From: Tubiluchus corallicola
Lineage: Eukaryota; Animalia; Priapulida
Reading direction: 5' to 3'
Length of the DNA: 64,000 bases
NCBI GenBank assembly: GCA_030141605.1
Contig: JAQGDQ010000307.1
Coordinates: forward strand, 62,001 to 126,000
The position numbers and the translations under genes were made by a program. Below are positions 23,946-38,443 of the stretch, one piece after another; position 1 is the first letter of the stretch; each line of letters opens with the position of its first letter. The notes under the pieces were generated by a model, which saw nothing but the letters and a program-made list of their open reading frames with translations, made no database searches and had not been told where the DNA came from.

Positions 23946-26313
23946 ATATCGCCATTCATACCTTATTTAAATTGTTACCATATACAAAAACAACTCAATA
24001 AAACTGAAAGCGATTTGTTTGGTTTCCAAGATAAAATAGATCATACTCATAGCCAAGAAATCAGTTGGCAGCGGTTTCTTGTAAAGCGAGAAAATCGGGT
24101 TATACTTTTGTTAATCCTTCAACAATGTTTCTTCTTTCAAATCTGTTTTGTGACCTCGAACATTGAGAGTAGCTCACGCATTGACAACAAGTTAATTAAG
24201 GCATAAAGACAGATAAACATAGATTTTCCAAAATAAGACAACTATGTGCCAGTGACTTGTCAATGTCAGTTAACATATAGCAGATTATATGAAGAAAACT
24301 CAAGAGTGTTAAGGAGAAGTGCTCTGAATTGTTAAGTGCCATGTGTCACCTCACTGTTTACTACCTTTCTATATATGTCACAGTACACAGTGAGATGGTT
24401 CATGGCACCACAGTATATGGTGACGGGGGTGTAGTGTAACTGTGTGAATAAACCTTTCAATGGTATTATATACATTCATACATAATCTTTATTTACATTC
24501 GGGTGTACAACGGAAGAACATTAGTCAAATAGGTTATTAATACCAACTGAAATATACTATGCTAAAAATTTTTACTAAAATAGACATACAGTATTACTCA
24601 AATTGGAAATAAAATCAAAAGATGAAAAAATGAAAATGGGATTATTCACACTGCATCACTTCAACCAGTTAAGCCTCTCATCAAGCTTTCATTTTATAAA
24701 GGATGATATTTCATATCCAATCCGAGTTGAAGTTCGATAAAAAGTATACATATTAACACCCATAATAATGCAAAAGAGTTGCTGATAATAGTATTAAATA
24801 GTAGACTAAAAACGTAATGGCTGGCGAACGCAATTAGTGTTGACATCACAACTGAACAGAACAACCGTTAGGATAGAGTTAAGATGTGTGTGTAACAGCT
24901 GTCACAGAATTGCTCACAACGTCATTGTAGTTCTGTAAACATACGTCACTACTGCTTAAAAGTTTCGACCCAAGATTTTCCACATCACTTTTAATCTGGG
25001 TGTTTTACTGTTGTGATGGATTTCAGTAATATAAATGAGTATGATAAACCATTTATCACGTCTGCCTGGAGAATAGCATTTTCAGTGAAAAGCTATGCTT
25101 TGTAGCTCCATCCACATGAAAACTGAAGAATATAATATTTCAAGAAATGCAGGATTTTAAGTAAAGAGATCAATTTTGAAAAAAGCACAAATATATGAAT
25201 CACTATTTTATTACTTAGAACAGAAATGATATCAAAAATAAGAAACAGCAGGCAGTGTTTGGTTTTATCCAAAATAAATCAATTCTGACCATCAAAAACT
25301 TACTCCTTAACAGGCTGCAACACTTCGTTGCATACGTGACTAACAGCTTCATGTACAGTAGTGAAATGTGGGACTTACCTGCAACACAGGGAAATAAATA
25401 GATGTAATTCACACAGATTAGTTCAGAAAATTTTAAAAAATAAAATCGCTGTATGTCTTGTCAAAAGAGTAGCTGTACGATAGAACCTAAGAGAAACTTT
25501 GGAGAACTGAAATTAAAATCACAATGCTAAAATGGATAGGACATTTAATAAGACTGCCAGAAATAACACCAATATGATTAGCATTAAATCAGGGACTGAG
25601 ACCTGCTAAACAACTTGGATGTCAAGAATTAGTAAAACTCTACAACAGCATCACAGGAAGTGAAAATGTTTTGTTTCAGACATGAGACAGTGGAAAGCTG
25701 TTTTAAAGGCTGAAGGCTCGACGTTTAGAATCTACGTTTAAAAGCAACAGAAGAAAGAAAATGTACTCAAACTAAGCTAATTGCAGTTTAAACAAAATTC
25801 AACAGTATGGCTTCATTTTTATCAGCATACTATCAAGCCCGTGTTAATTTGTTTGCGTGCATGAATATCATTGGCTGAGGTTACAGGTGCTCTTTGGTGA
25901 TATGTATATTGTAACAAAACACATCGCGATGCATCGATACATCGACCGCTACAGGCCTACAAGCAAGCATATAATAAAACTATAATAAGCTAAAGGCGAA
26001 ACTTATGCCAGTGAATTTCAATGTATTGGTTGTTGAGCCAGAAAAACCAATGTTTGCCAGCAGCTAAGGTATACTAAACCACCTCTGGATGAAACCAGGT
26101 CATGCCGTAAATTTTCTGTATACTTTGAGTCAAAAAAGCTAATGCTTGGTAATAGTTATGTTTCAATAATGTCAAAGGGTTATTTGTCCAGTTGACCAGC
26201 CTTTGGAATGTCATTAAATTTTTCTCATTATAGTCATTTTGTGAGTATTTGTATTTTTCGTTAATTTTTTTATTATTGTCATATAGCTAGGCAAGACAAG
26301 TTTGTGATAAATA

Positions 26314-29300
26314 ATGACCCGCCACGCCAAAAATTGCACTGCAGGTACTGTATACTCGTATCACGAACGTAGAAAAGATTCTGAGAAATCCGGGTATGGT
26401 ACACTAGAACGGCGAATAGGGAAAGATTCTGTAAAGGTAAGGTAGTGTTTATTATATCTAGTGTTTGCAATCGTTTTGAGATGTGAAGATCCAGTAGTTT
26501 CATTTCTTTCCTCAAATGCTAATATTAAAAGATGCAATTTAAAACACGTGACATATTATAAGTTCTGTCTCAGTCTGAATGCTAACTGTTACTTGGAGAG
26601 CTCAACAAAAGTTCTTTTGACTTGTGCAAATTTAAACAAATGCCTAAATCTGTCCACAACATCTGTTTCATTTTATATCTGTTATTTTTCAAATAAATTT
26701 TGGCAATTTTGAGTTTGGTTTAAATAACTTCAAGGTTTGACAGGTCTCAACCTCAAGTGTTTGAGTAATTCATGGTTTTTAAATAAGAATGTATAGATGA
26801 CTTGATGAATAAAGAATATTTTGAATAGTTGGCTTGGATCCATTCTGCAAGATAGTAAAACTTTCATCAAGATAGACGAAAGGTACAGCAACACTACAAT
26901 GACAATGATACCGACAAGAACTGATCGATAATTTTATTTTACAATTTCATGGCATGATTTGATTTTTATCTTTTTTAGGATTTTGACTGCTGCTGTTTGA
27001 CACTTCAACCTTGCCGCGAACCTGTTATAACGTACGTTCAGAAACTATTATAAACATTTCGGTGAACATTATGTCTTACCAATTCTTATATGTATTCCGG
27101 TTGACCAGAACGCCAAATTACCGTATTTGTAAAATCATATATTATGCGTTGTTTTTAACTCGCAGTTTACAGATTATAGTGATTGCTCTAGACCTGTAAT
27201 TGTGAGCTAATCTTAACTGGCATGCCTGTATCTTGCTGCTAAGTTTTATGCTCAAAACATCATTGTGCAGGGATCAGTTTGTTGTGTTTGAATGCAACAT
27301 AATGATGTAGGCAGAATAACTGTAGGTTTGCAGCTAACACAGTTGATGTTCCAAAGTATATCTAACTAACTTCCTGCTTTTAGATATTCTCTGCTGTTTA
27401 TTAAGTTTTGGTACAATTTATGATGTACACTGCACAGCCTTAAGCAAATAAAGCAAGCAGTCTTCATGGAGTGTTTATCTGTTTTAGACCACATGGATTC
27501 CTTTATGACAAGGAGGCAATTCTTGAATACATTATTCACCAGAAAAAAGAAAATATCCGAAAGCTGAAGGAGTATGAAAAGCAGAAGAACAAAGAAAAGG
27601 TTCTTTCTATCATAATTTACGTTAATCCTACAAAAAACATTACGAAGTACTGTAGTCCATGAATTATTTTCAAACAGAAATAACTGTAGTGTTTTCTTTT
27701 ATCATAACTTAAGCAGTGTGTCAGTTTGCAAAGTTAAGTGCTTTGACATAAGCAATCAATATTAAATATTAACTAGTTAACATTTTTGACCCTGTCAAAA
27801 CTATGGTGAGATTCTGCTTCTGTGACAGGAGCTGCTTTAAGTGACAGCCTTTTGTATTTGCAAATAAAAAATGTTTTTCAAAATAATTAACAAGGTGTGC
27901 TTGACACTAATAGTTTAAATGAAATCGGAGTTTGTCCCTTTAAGACACGTTGGTCAAGAGTTAACCAAAAGCAAGTCAACATACCGTACATCATTTAATT
28001 TGCTATGCTAATTTGATATGCTGTAAGATACTAAAATTGGCACTTGTCAGTTGTTACTTATAACCTATGACCTCAGGGTAAGAGGTCAACCAATATAGGT
28101 TGTGACTCAATGCATTCATCACTTTGAGACCTTTCATTTCATATTCTATAACCCACTGTTTGGAATTATTTGTTTCTCCGACCTCCAACTTCAGTTTTCA
28201 TCTCTTAGTGGGGTCGTGGACCAACCAATCTGGATATGATTTATACCTTTTATACTCTCAATTTGAGGCCTTTCATTTGATATATTACAAGCTACTGTTG
28301 TTTGTAACTTTGTACTATTTAGTTTGTCTCAACGTAACCTTTCATTTGGTGTACTGCATTCTATTGTTGCTTGACACAGGTAGTATTTGTCTCGCTAACT
28401 CATATTTCGGTTTTTGGCCCCTAGTAGAGACAGTGGTCAACCAGTCTGGGCATAGCTTACACCGTTCAGTTTGCTTCATTGAGGCCTTTCATTTGATATA
28501 GTACAAGTTGGTGTTTCTTGAGACTGGAAGCATTGGGGGTCAGGGGTCAGCCAATCTGGGCATAACTTATACTGCTGAATTCGCTTCATCAAGACCTTTC
28601 AATGTAAAAGAAGCTTAATCATAAAGAAAGAAATAAAAACTGGGGGTAAATCATAATTTGACATTATTTCCATAGCTGAATGATTTTCCTTGCTATCTGG
28701 TCTAACAAATGAAGGTGCATAACATATAACAAATTCTCATTTTTTGCTGAATTTGTGAACTTAACTATTAACTTTTCTGGCTGATAATCACTTTTGTTTT
28801 TTATTTATTTCTAGGTAGAACTTGCTGAAATTGGTGAAGCTGAACATAGAGCAAAAGTTGAAAGTTTCATCAGCAAAGAAGACAGCATTATCAGCAAACC
28901 ATCTAGTGCATTTAGTGCTAATGCTGGTAAAAATAATACAAATAACTGTAGACTTCAATTGAAGATTTTTTGCTAAATGTAGCTGTTGTATTAGGATCGC
29001 TAATCAGTAGGCAGTGATTAATTTACCCGGCATTTAAATGTGTAATGAGTGCATTTTAAGCTCATTTGCAAAGCTGTTTTTTGCAGCATCGCTGCACAAA
29101 CTGCAATACACTTACTACATGCATAAAACTAGTATCCAATTTTTTCCTGAAAAGTCATGATATTTCCCGATTTACCATTTTTCCGTACTGGTTCGTGCTA
29201 CAATACATATTGGTACTTTCCTGATCAAATTAAGCTCATACTGTGTGTATGTACAGTTTTCACCCCTGCAAAAGAAAAACTAAGGTTAATAGATAAGGTT

Positions 29301-32300
29301 TTATTGATTTTTGTTTGGCAAGTTTGCTGCTGACCACAGTAACAGGAACAACATACTGGCACACTGCCAGGTTGTGGACTAATACTCACTGCAATTAAAA
29401 TTTAAAAGTGCAATTTACTTCTTGACTTTTCTGAGTGGAAGTACATATAACAGCTACTTTAATGCAGCTTTGGCATTTAAATCGCCTTCAGGAACATGTA
29501 GTAATATTTTAGAAATTGGAAAAGTCTAATTAGAATTATAAAAACCTATTCTTCTACCATTCTACAGATAAGCAACTTTGCCCATAAGAAGTAATTTGAT
29601 TTGTTTTTTAAGTTACTAACGTGCCTTATAGTATACTTCTATTTTTGCTCTACATGCACTACAATGATATTTAAAATTTGGAACTTACAACATAAATTAG
29701 TTCCTTTTTTACAAAGAAATTTGGAACTCAAACTAGTTCCTTTTTTATACGTTAGAGGAGTATTAGACTATGCTAGTCTTGTCACATGAGTCCATAATTT
29801 TCGTACTGAAAATGAAGATTTGTTATATCCCTCGTGAATCTCAACCAGCTTAATATTGTTGCTAAAATATCTGACCAATAATATTGCTATGCATCTTTTA
29901 TAAGCTGCTATACAGTTTTGCAATTGTGTCTCAACTACTGCTATGCAAATATGTTGGAGAAAATATACTCCGAGTAAGCCACGTTGTCTTAGTTTAGGAC
30001 AACCTCAAACACTGCAGTGCTTCAGTTACAAGCTCTTGGGTTACTAAACGAGCTATGCTGACTTCTGCAATAGCTAGTACAGTTAACAAATTGATAAAAG
30101 TTTTATGACTCTTTCCTCTTTGCAGATCAACCAAACACTAGTAGTGGGAGTGTTTCAAACATTTCTGGTGAAAAAAAGAGTCATTTACCAAGCTTCTGGG
30201 TGCCCTCTTTGACACCAGCGGCAAAGAAAACTATTGTAAAGCCTCCAGTAAGCCTTATAAATTCAATCACTAAAGCTCATTTGAATATTTTTTGTAATTA
30301 TTTTGGAGCTTAGAATGTTAAATTGGCGGAATAGAAACATTGGATTTGTTCGTGAGTATTTGAATTGAATTGGGACTTACTGCATTGTATGTGGCTATAT
30401 CTCTCATCATAGGACCTGTTTAATAATAAATTTTCTCAGGTTTTATAATACTAAAGTTCATTTTTTTAATATTAGTAATATTGGATACTCTTTTAATGGG
30501 TTTTGAACTATTTGTGATGATCCTGACCTGTCAGCAAGTTCACGAATGTGTGTTAGTATCAAAAAGACTTGATAATATTGTATAGTTAGTGCTAAAGGTG
30601 ACTTTGCTATCGGTTCACAGACTATTGTTTTTATCTTGTCTGATATCTGACGTGTCCTTCGAAAACATTATTATGAAATAAAAAATTAAATTATTTGCTT
30701 TTTATTTATTTATTTTTATTTGGATGGCTAGGATGACAGCTTTTGAGAGTTTAAATGTTACTGTTAAATAACTTATTCTAGTGCCAATTTTACTAATTTT
30801 ACTTAATTGTTTACTATTTAAAAGAAGAGTTAACCTTTTATTGTAATTATGAAGTGATTACTTGTGGAGCTACCATAAATGAAGCTTGCTAACTGATTGC
30901 GTGATCAGTATGTTGTTACAAGTTTTCACCAAGTCAGTTAAAACAACGTTGAAAGCATTTTTAACGTTACTCATATCACTCTTTTGTTTTCGAATATTTC
31001 AATCCACTATATGCAATCGACGAAAAAAATTTTAGCAATGAGGGGCAGCGTGCAAAAGTTTTAGCATGATGTCACTGGTATCACAAGCTGCACTGCTTGC
31101 AGCATGGTTAAATTTGCAGATTTCTGATCATTTCTGTTTTTTAGATGTCTCATTGCCAGAGCTGCCTTGTGTCATTCAAAAAAGTGATTATTTTTATGTT
31201 TTTCAAATGTAAATTTGAGCGACAAAAATAGTCGTTGTCTTTTGACTTTGCCCATTATCATAACTATTTAATGACTTTTCACATGCACTCAATTTTGTTA
31301 ATAATTATATTGAATGAACAAGCATACAAACAAGGGTCGCCATTAATGTTAACAAGTTTCAGATTCTCTGTTAGACTGAACTGCAAAAATGTAGTACACT
31401 TCAGTAATGACAGGTATTCATAATTATGCGAGTTAAGAATTTTATTGTTCAGTATCGCTGTCTTATAACTTGTTAGTTGTGTCCAGAAAGTAAGTTTGTA
31501 AAATTTTCATTTCCAACCAGCAGTATACTACATAACTGAATGAGGTTTCACGCAAATACTAACATTTAGCCAGAATGGTTAATATTACCTTTGTACTATA
31601 CATGTATTAACCAAGAAAGTTGTGGCTGGTAGTTAATTAAGCTATCATAATAACAATATTTAAATCACTACTTTTAGATAACAGATTTGATTGGTGGGAG
31701 TACTCCTTACCATTATATCGTTTATGCAGCCCAATGAAACACCATATAATATTTGATCATAGTTTCCATACAGCTACAGATTACTTTTAAATATGACATA
31801 GTTGAAAGCAATGTCTAAACTACATTTTAGCACCCATTCATATTTGGCCTTCATCGCTGCTTTAATGTCCTTGTAAACTAATATCTTGTAGCAGCATACG
31901 TGTTTGGGAAAAAATAAGAGCAAATGGTGGCAAAATACAAATGTACAAAAATTAAATTTAGCGAAAATACATTATTTCTATTCCAGTTACAAGTGTATTT
32001 TATCTACAAATTACTCAGAATTGTTCCGCTGTGGCCAGTGTTCATTGCAAGTACTGCATGATCTTTTTTTCATATTACTGCTTAACAAAAAACTGACTAT
32101 ACCACAGTCTTGAGCTTGCAGCACAGTATGTACTCTTCACAATAATTTGTACATAATTTTTGATTGAATTTATTTTACTTGTAGGAAAAGGTTGTTCTTT
32201 GTCCAATGAGTGGCAAACCATTAAAACTGAAAGACCTGATACCTGTGAAATTTACTCCAATTAATGATCCAGATGACACGAAGAGTCTTATTAATAAACA

Positions 32301-35090
32301 GGTGCTTTAAATTATCTATGCTATGGCAACAACTAATGTCATTGTTTTAATCTATATTTTGGAAAAGGGTAGTCACTTATTGAAGAAAAGCAGCACATAC
32401 ACCATTTGATTTCTAAAAGTCGCTTTTCTTGTGTATTTTGATCAAAGCATGGACATGAATTTCACTGTTTGTGGAGTCAAGCAATTTTTGTTTAAGCAGT
32501 AAAGTTGATGAATATGCAAAAAATTGTTTTGTCAATAATACGAGGCTACCATGACTTTTGGATTTTTTGTTACTTTTCTCTATTCTTTGGTAAAATAATA
32601 TGGATTCATTTTAGCTCAAAAAAATTCAGCAGTTAGAAACTTTAATGAAGTTGACTACTAGCCTTGTGCCTATATCTGCAGCAGCCAGTTTGAAAACTTT
32701 AAATTATTTAGAGTAAAACTTTATTAGTAAACTGCAGTTTGTAACAGCATACTGGTTGATAAAAAACTATTTCAGAGCATTGAGCATTGATCTGTCACTA
32801 CATTATTTTTTATTTTCATTTATCATTGCTGTGTAGTTTTGGAGACCAGTGTAGTCTTTTCAACAACAGGCAGATCTTTAAAAGTGTTGTGCACATGGGC
32901 TGAGTTTCTGTTCATGTATAAATGTAGATGAAAATAGATTCTACATAAGTGAAACACACTGCATAAAACTTCTGCTTAAGGATGTAATTTTTGGGATCGA
33001 ATAATGTTAATCCTAACATGTGACTGTGGGGTGTCTGTAACATTTATAAAATTTCAGAAGACAGTATTCCACGTCAGTGTTCGTACATCACTGTATGTGA
33101 CCTACTGGGTTAAGCTAAGGCGGCATAGGAAGAACTTCATTTCAGCTGAGTGAAGAATGTTTCAGTTCTATGTGAACCATTGACTTAACTTCATAACTTA
33201 CAAATGTTGTAGCAGCAAAACTGTAGTTAAAATAAATTTTGAAATGGTATTTTGCTAATTGCAAAAAAATAAAAATGGAATTTTAAAGTCTGGGATGTTA
33301 GTTGACAGTTAAGCTGATTATTGTAGCAAAGGCCAAAACAGCAGCAAATGTTGACAGCTCTTCCATACTTATGTCATATATTACTTCGATTCCAGTTTAA
33401 TATTTGTACCACTGTATTTTGATTAAGTGTACTGTTAAGTGGCGAAACACTTTTCATTTGAAAATTTTTCGCAACTGAAAACTAGCACTGGAATACTTTA
33501 GATCATGGGTTCCCAACCTTGGGGTCGCGACCCCAGTTGGGGTCACGAAACACTTTTCTTGGGGTCACGGAATAGTCCAAAAACTATTTTTAAAAAATGC
33601 TGTTTTCATGAAAAGTATGTAAATGGGTCTTGTTTCCTCAGTCTCTGATTACGTCATTTTGTTCTGGAAAGTGAAACTGGCTTTTCCCGCTCTAAATGTG
33701 GCATACCTGGTATAGTAATGCTTGATTTTGTAGGAAAATGAAAATGCACACTGTTCTGTGCATACACTTATGTACAATGTACACTGCCCGAAAGCATGTC
33801 ACTATTCATTTTACATTGGATCTCCTTGGATACCTATTGCATTGCAATACAGGCACAACCATCAAATTAATGAAACATTCACTCATTGTTCAATAATTTG
33901 TTGAATAGTAAGTTAAAATTAATAAATGCAAGCGATAATGATGTTTAATAGTATAACTTCATTATGAGGTCATATGAGGTCACAATATGATGCAGGGTTC
34001 TGGAAACGGGTCGCTGTCAAGAAAGGGTTGGGAACCACTACTTTAGATGCATTATAATTTTAATTTAAGATTTTGTCGCATTGAATTTTTCAGGCTCGTT
34101 ATATGTGTGCTGTCACACATGATGTACTTAGCAATCCTGTCCCCTGCGCGGTCTTAAGAACTTCGTAAGTATTGTGCATATACAAATTCTGTGATAAGAA
34201 TTTTATTTGCATTATAGGCCTAAGTGTTTTCAAGGCTGGTTAATCTATCATTTAGTATGCTAGGAATTTGCAGGTAAATACATAGGTATTCGATGAAAAT
34301 GTGCTGAAAAAATTCTGATCAGTTTCTTGGTATGAATACATCAATATATCACTTTTCAGATAGGTCACACAGACTTGGAATAAATTTAGTATTAATGGTT
34401 CTTTTCGGAAATAATTAAGTAAACCCACAATTACTAATTTTTTAAACCAAGCAGAGTCCAATGAATGGAAAAGGAAGGCAAAGGGAAATCTAAAACCTGA
34501 AACTAAGGTTGGGCAATTAAGTTACCGTGTTCATGTAAAAAAATTGATGAAAATGTTTCACTGTGATTAGGTAAAGTATATCGTGTCAATTCTATTGGAT
34601 TCTATATTGGATTTTCCATTATCTGTTTGGAAGCGTTCTTGTCAAACAAGCTGTAGAAATAACTTTATTACAAAAGTACATAATAGAGTGCATCTATTTC
34701 AGTGGAGTGGTCGTCACAATGGAAGCAGTTGAAAAACTTTTGAGAAAAGATATGTTAGATCCAATAAATGGCAAGAAAATGACGGACGATGATATTATTC
34801 CTCTGCACAGGGTAAGCCATTAAAATTATTAGAAAAATAATTCACTTTCTCAATAGCGTTTCCTGATTTGTTTGTGTGGCAAAAGATGGCAACCGAATAT
34901 CAAACGCCTCAAGTATTTTTAACAGTGTTTTTATCACGGAGTAATTACTTTTTATCTGTTAATAGTTATACTATTTCTTTCGTTTAGTAATTTATTTAGA
35001 AATATGTATTTGCAGGGCGGCACTGGATACTCTGCCAGTGGAAATAAACTGGACGTCAAAAAACCTAAACCTGCCATGGCAGTAGCATAA
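26314..35090 (+). CDS. NOSIP: Nitric oxide synthase-interacting protein (RING/U-box-like E3), 9 exons, about 297 aa
   Basis: Exons 26314-26436 (MTRHAKNCTAGTVYSYHERRKD..GYGT..IGKDSVK), 26979-27031 (DFDCCCLTLQPCREPVIT), 27488-27599 (PHGFLYDKEAILEYI), 28815-28926, 30126-30247 (LPSFWVPSLTP), 32185-32301 (CPMSGKPLKLKDLIPVKFT), 34094-34164 (RYMCAVTHDVLSN..CAVLRTS), 34703-34811, 35016-35090 (GGTGYS..TAA). All GT-AG and phase-consistent; 894 nt. Confidence 0.96.
28030..28610 (+). repeat. Internally repetitive degenerate element (about 4 imperfect units) in NOSIP intron 3
   Basis: Recurring gg(t/a)ca(a/g)ccaat-like motif at about 28084, 28218, 28436, 28545, each followed by ga(g/a)(g/a)cctttca(t/a)t at about 28125, 28263, 28480, 28590. 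Confidence 0.7.
33504..34040. mobile_element. Non-autonomous hAT (Charlie-like) MITE in NOSIP intron 6
   Basis: TIRs CATGGGTTCCCAACC / GGTTGGGAACCACTA; perfect 8-bp TSD CTTTAGAT (33496-33503 and 34041-34048); subterminal GGGGTCGCGACCCC palindrome and GGGGTCAC repeats. Confidence 0.92.
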
Positions 35091-37916
35091 ATATCTGTTG
35101 CAAGGAAACAGTGATTCATTTTTTTAAACTACATGTCGAACTAATATTAGGTGAATGCCTTAAAAGGAGCAGACTGCTCTACTAATGCTGAAAACAACTA
35201 AAAACACGTGACACTATGATGTCACATTTTAACTTGGATTGCCTACTTATAAGCAGTATAAAGTTCTTGACTCAAGGCTTAGACATAATTTGGAACTAGT
35301 GCTTATTGTTTGGCTGTTGAGACTGGTAGATATATAAGGCCACTTATTCCCTGTGAAATTCGAGTTTGTAGTGTTTACAATGTCGTTGAAGTTGAATACC
35401 ATTTTTATTATGCTACTCAAAAACATAATGCCATATGATGCTGCCACAAAACACTGTAATTCATTATGCAGTGACAAACTTTATCCTAACATGCGTGTAA
35501 ACTATTATATGAAATGTTTATTATTGTTTTGATCGGCCATGTCAATAAACTATCATCATCATCATATAAAAAACTGTTACCGTGTTACTTTCCATGTTTT
35601 TTAAATGCAGCAGATTTACGAAATCTACAAACTTGGCTGCATCAAGTTTTGTACAAAAAACATATGCTGCATATATTTGAATGTTTACAAAACCAAAATT
35701 AATAAATTTAATAATAAGAAATGTTAATTGCCCGACTTTTGGGAAACAGTTTTGTTTTTTCAGTTTCAGATATCAAAGATCTTTTTTGAAAAGCTAGATG
35801 AAAATAAAGAAGTCCACAAAGATTTTTAAAGAATTTTATTTCGCAACATCCCAAACAAAAACACTACTTTTATCGGTTTTAGTAAGTTAAAGAAATAACA
35901 CATTTTTCTGGATCGAAATTTTCCAAAACGTGTATCATGACAAGCTCCCTGAGAAATTAACATTGAACCAAGACCTGATAGCCTGGAAAAAGACAAGAAA
36001 ACTAAATTCACAACTAAACTAAAACTATATATATATAATTATATATAATTTATATAGATTTTCTACCTATCATATAATATATATATATCACCCTTATATA
36101 CATGTAGGTAAAACTAAATTTCTACTTTATATGAGGTAGCTTGTGTATAGGTAGTGGGTCATCCCTGCGTACTTGTACGTCAAGTTGATGTACACACAAA
36201 TTGTAAGCACTACAAGAGTGGAAGAAGTGTCCGGAGCACGTCTTAAAGGAAAGACAAACCTCTCAAAATTTTCAGTGTACAGTGCTTGATTCTGAAACTG
36301 TTGATTTAAAATTCTTTTACAATGCCAAGAATGCAATTGTTGCAAACAGCTTGATCAGCCTGAAGTTTTTGTCTTGATACCCAATAGCAACCTGTTAGAC
36401 AAACAATAGGTTTCTTTTGATGCAAGCAAGCTTCAGAACAATCTACTCAAATTATTACAGGCATGTTTTCGAATTTTTTGTTCAGCACTTATTTGGTCAA
36501 TTATGATGTTTTTTCTTAGGTACCGTACTTCTTATTTTTCCATTTCTTTGCTTCCACTAACAATGCTCTTGGAACATAAATAGTGTAATAATTGTAAACT
36601 TACATAATATAATATACGATATGTATGTGAGACAGCTAAAATTTTGAATAGTTTTAAAAAAGATCATGAGTGGCTCCTTGATTTTTTTTTTAAAGACAGT
36701 TGTTCCAAATAAGACAAATACTTATCTGAACAGTCAATGAGATGCATATCAAATCTTGCTACTCCTAATATATATTGTTGTAACTATTGATTTAACACTG
36801 TGAATGCAGCTATCTATTTACAGACATATCAGACAAAATGATCTGTCACATCAAATTCCACACACATACATAGAAAAACACTTGGTACTGTAGTTCCCCA
36901 AATCCTAAAACAGGTTACATTTTGGGCATAATTGCTGAAACAATGGAAAAAAACATACAGTTTTAACATGGAAAAAAACTACAGTTTTAAAAACACAGCT
37001 TTACATAACAACTTGTGCAAATCACAAACAAACAGTTGTTCAGTAATGAAACAAAAAATTCTGAGATTTACCGAACAAGTTAAACATCCATACCAATCAA
37101 AGATACTACTATCTTGCATACAATAGTAACTTGTTATTATAAGTGTACAGTTTATGAAGCAAACAGAATTTATCCAGGTTTAACTAATAGAGAAAAGATA
37201 TAGAACATTCAAATTAAGATAGTTAGCATAATTAGCAAATACCGGGAGATCATCCAATGTGCCTATTCAGGTGGAGTCTTTGCCTTGCTCAACTTGTGTG
37301 GGTGTGAATTTGCTTGTTGTGGTTTCTTTTTTACTACAAATTAGATTGCTATTAGGTAACTGCTGGCAGGTAAAACTTTTTTTACTCCATTAAAAAGTCA
37401 TTCTAAGTCTGTTTATAGGTCTTTTTATCAAACAAAGCAAAGACACTCCCCCGACATGGGCGGTCTCACCGGAAGTTAACAGAATTCACCGGATCTGTGC
37501 TTAAACAGCCTGCTTTCAATATCGCTCTGATTTTTGTGTCTTTTATAGCTTGGACTATTAAAAGTGTCTCACCAATTGCAGTGAAACAGTAAACATTTTT
37601 CCTTACATGCCTTCAAATTTATTATTACATTTTCCAGTCTAAAAAGTTTGGACAGATACGCGATACCAAAAGCAAGGCTGCTCCTGATAGAGAAAATGAA
37701 ATTAAGTTAAAACACTCCCTATACAAGTAAAAACGTATACCAGTAACATGAGTGCTGGGAATCTACATCTAATTTATACATAATAACTGGGAAAACTATA
37801 CATTTGTCGGGAATAAAGTGTCACAAGCACACAGAAAAAACCTTGTAGAATAGGGAAATTGGTGATTTGTGCGCATCAAAATATATTAAATTTTAACAGC
37901 ACAAACTATACATTAT

Positions 37917-38424
37917 AAGCACAGATTTACCTGAAAAAAGCGGACTTGTTCAAATTGTTTACGAGGTAACCCAGTGTAATTTTCCAAATGATTAACAAGA
38001 GTGCAAAAATGAACTGTCCATATTGGTGGATGAGCACGTTTGTTGTTTTGTTGTCAATAACAATGCAATAAAATATTAATATAAATGTTAAATGGTTCAT
38101 GAGTTGTGAAATGCTAAAATGGGCAAAACTTGGCAAAGTCATTCCATTATAATTTCCTAACAAATTGAAGCACAGATTTACCTGAAAAAAGCGAACTTGT
38201 TCAAATTATTTACGAGGTAATCCATAGTGTAATTTTCCAAATGATTAACAAGAGCGTAAAAATGAACTGTCCATATTGGTGGATGAGCACGTTTGTTGTT
38301 TTGTTGTCGATAACAATGCAATAAAATATTAATATAAATGTTAAATGGTTCATGAGTTGTGAAATGCTAAAATGGGCAAAACTTGGCAAAGTCATTCCAT
38401 TATAATTTCCTAACAAATTGAAGC
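37917..38424. repeat. Recent tandem duplication, 2 x ~252 bp, in the 3' UTR region of the Kr-like gene
   Basis: 37917-38167 and 38168-38420 are near-identical (duplicate spurious ORFs 37927-38163 and 38210-38416); AAGC at all three junctions. Confidence 0.95.
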
Positions 38425-38443
38425 TGAAACTATGCTTTTGGCA

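Noticed and set aside
24376-24520. TG...AATAAA...CA segment resembling a solo LTR
   Set aside because: No matching target-site duplication and no second copy in the window.
28124-28501. 125-aa hydrophobic ORF in a NOSIP intron
   Set aside because: Lies in a degenerate tandem repeat (repeated FEAFHLI/IEAFHLI); no family motif.
34880-34895. YY1-like AAAAGATGGCAACC in the last NOSIP intron
   Set aside because: Single motif with no downstream gene or CpG cluster to support a promoter.
37927-38416. Two near-identical 68-78 aa minus ORFs suggesting duplicated small genes
   Set aside because: By-products of the 3' UTR tandem duplication; non-ATG starts, and an indel breaks one copy.
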